Position numbers and translations under genes: made by a program. Shown piece after piece: positions 63,215 to 64,000 of a stretch of 64,000 nucleotides of DNA (position 1 is its first letter; the number at the start of each line of letters is the position of its first letter). This DNA comes from Ostrea edulis. Taxonomy: Eukaryota. The notes beneath the pieces were generated by a model. That model had not been told where the DNA came from. It searched no databases and worked only from the letters and a program-made list of their open reading frames with translations. The stretch spans positions 85,374,001 to 85,438,000 of the forward strand of contig NC_079166.1 of the NCBI RefSeq assembly GCF_947568905.1, in the 5' to 3' direction.

Positions 63215-63900
63215 TAGAGTGATGAAGGTAAGATAGAGTGATGAAGGTAAGATAGTGATGAAGGTCAAAGATAGTGATGAAGGTCAAAGATAGTGATGAA
63301 GAGAAGATAGTGATGAAGGGAAGATAGTGATGAAGGTCAAAGATAGTGATGAAGGGAAGATAGTGATGAAGGTCAAAGATAGTGATGAAGGTCAAAGATA
63401 GTGATGAAGGTCAAAGATAGTGATGAAGGGAAGAGAGTGATGAAGGGAAGGCAAAATACAATAAACAGCCACACAGTGTAAATAGAGACTCTCTAGAACT
63501 ATGGTTTAAGGTTCAGCTTTGAAGACAATAAAATCCTCATGCCTACCGATGTAAGGAACAGAAGAACAATGTCTCCCTCACAAGCATACAATGTCTCCCT
63601 CACAAGCATACAGTGTCTCCCTCACAAGCATACAATGTCTCCCTCACAAGCATACAATGTCTCCCTCACAAGTATTCTCATAAGCATACAGGCATGGAAG
63701 ACAAAAATAAAGGTCCCCTCACAAGTATTCTCACAAGCATACAGGCATGGAAGACAAAAATAAAGGTCCCCTCACAAGTATTCTCACAAGCATACAGGCA
63801 TAGAAGACAAAAATAAAGGTCCCCTCACAAGTATTCTCACAAGCATACAGGCATGGAAGACAAAAATAAAGGTCCCCTCACAAGTATTCTCATAAGCATA
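63215..63900. repeat. Cluster of short tandem arrays (about 17-19, 22 and 53 nt units)
   Basis: agatagtgatgaaggtcaa; caatgtctccctcacaagcata; cacaagtattctcacaagcatacaggcatggaagacaaaaataaaggtcccct. Confidence 0.88.
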
Positions 63901-64000
63901 CAACATACATGTACTAATGTGAGGAACAGAAAAAGACCACCCTCAACAGTGTAACAGGTGTGGATGGTTAATATAACAGAAAAAATTCAAATGCAGTATA

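Overview
Eukaryotic, intron-rich DNA, most likely from an oyster or related bivalve, judged from Helentron-type HINEs carrying a ~166-bp satellite, tRNA-derived SINEs and Penelope-like retroelement fragments. Two convergent protein-coding genes reconstruct by eye with phase-consistent GT-AG splice sites. On the + strand is a KCNQ1-type voltage-gated K+ channel: 12 coding exons at 544-15068, first exon outside the window. On the - strand is a still life (sif)/TIAM1-like Rac GEF with PH-CC-Ex, RBD, PDZ, DH and PH domains: 20 exons at 54937-23679, 5' end not securely identified. The rest is intronic or intergenic DNA full of minisatellites, SINEs, HINEs and MITEs. The most striking signal is that about 14 tandem arrays in both genes are built from a unit spanning an exon-intron junction. 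The true exon sits at one edge of the array and up to ~35 decoy splice sites run into the intron. One array (KCNQ1 exon 9) is an in-frame, stop-free ladder of donors that could add 14-aa repeats to the channel. All coordinates and counts were made by eye; no database search was run. All very long ORFs in the supplied track are repeat artefacts.
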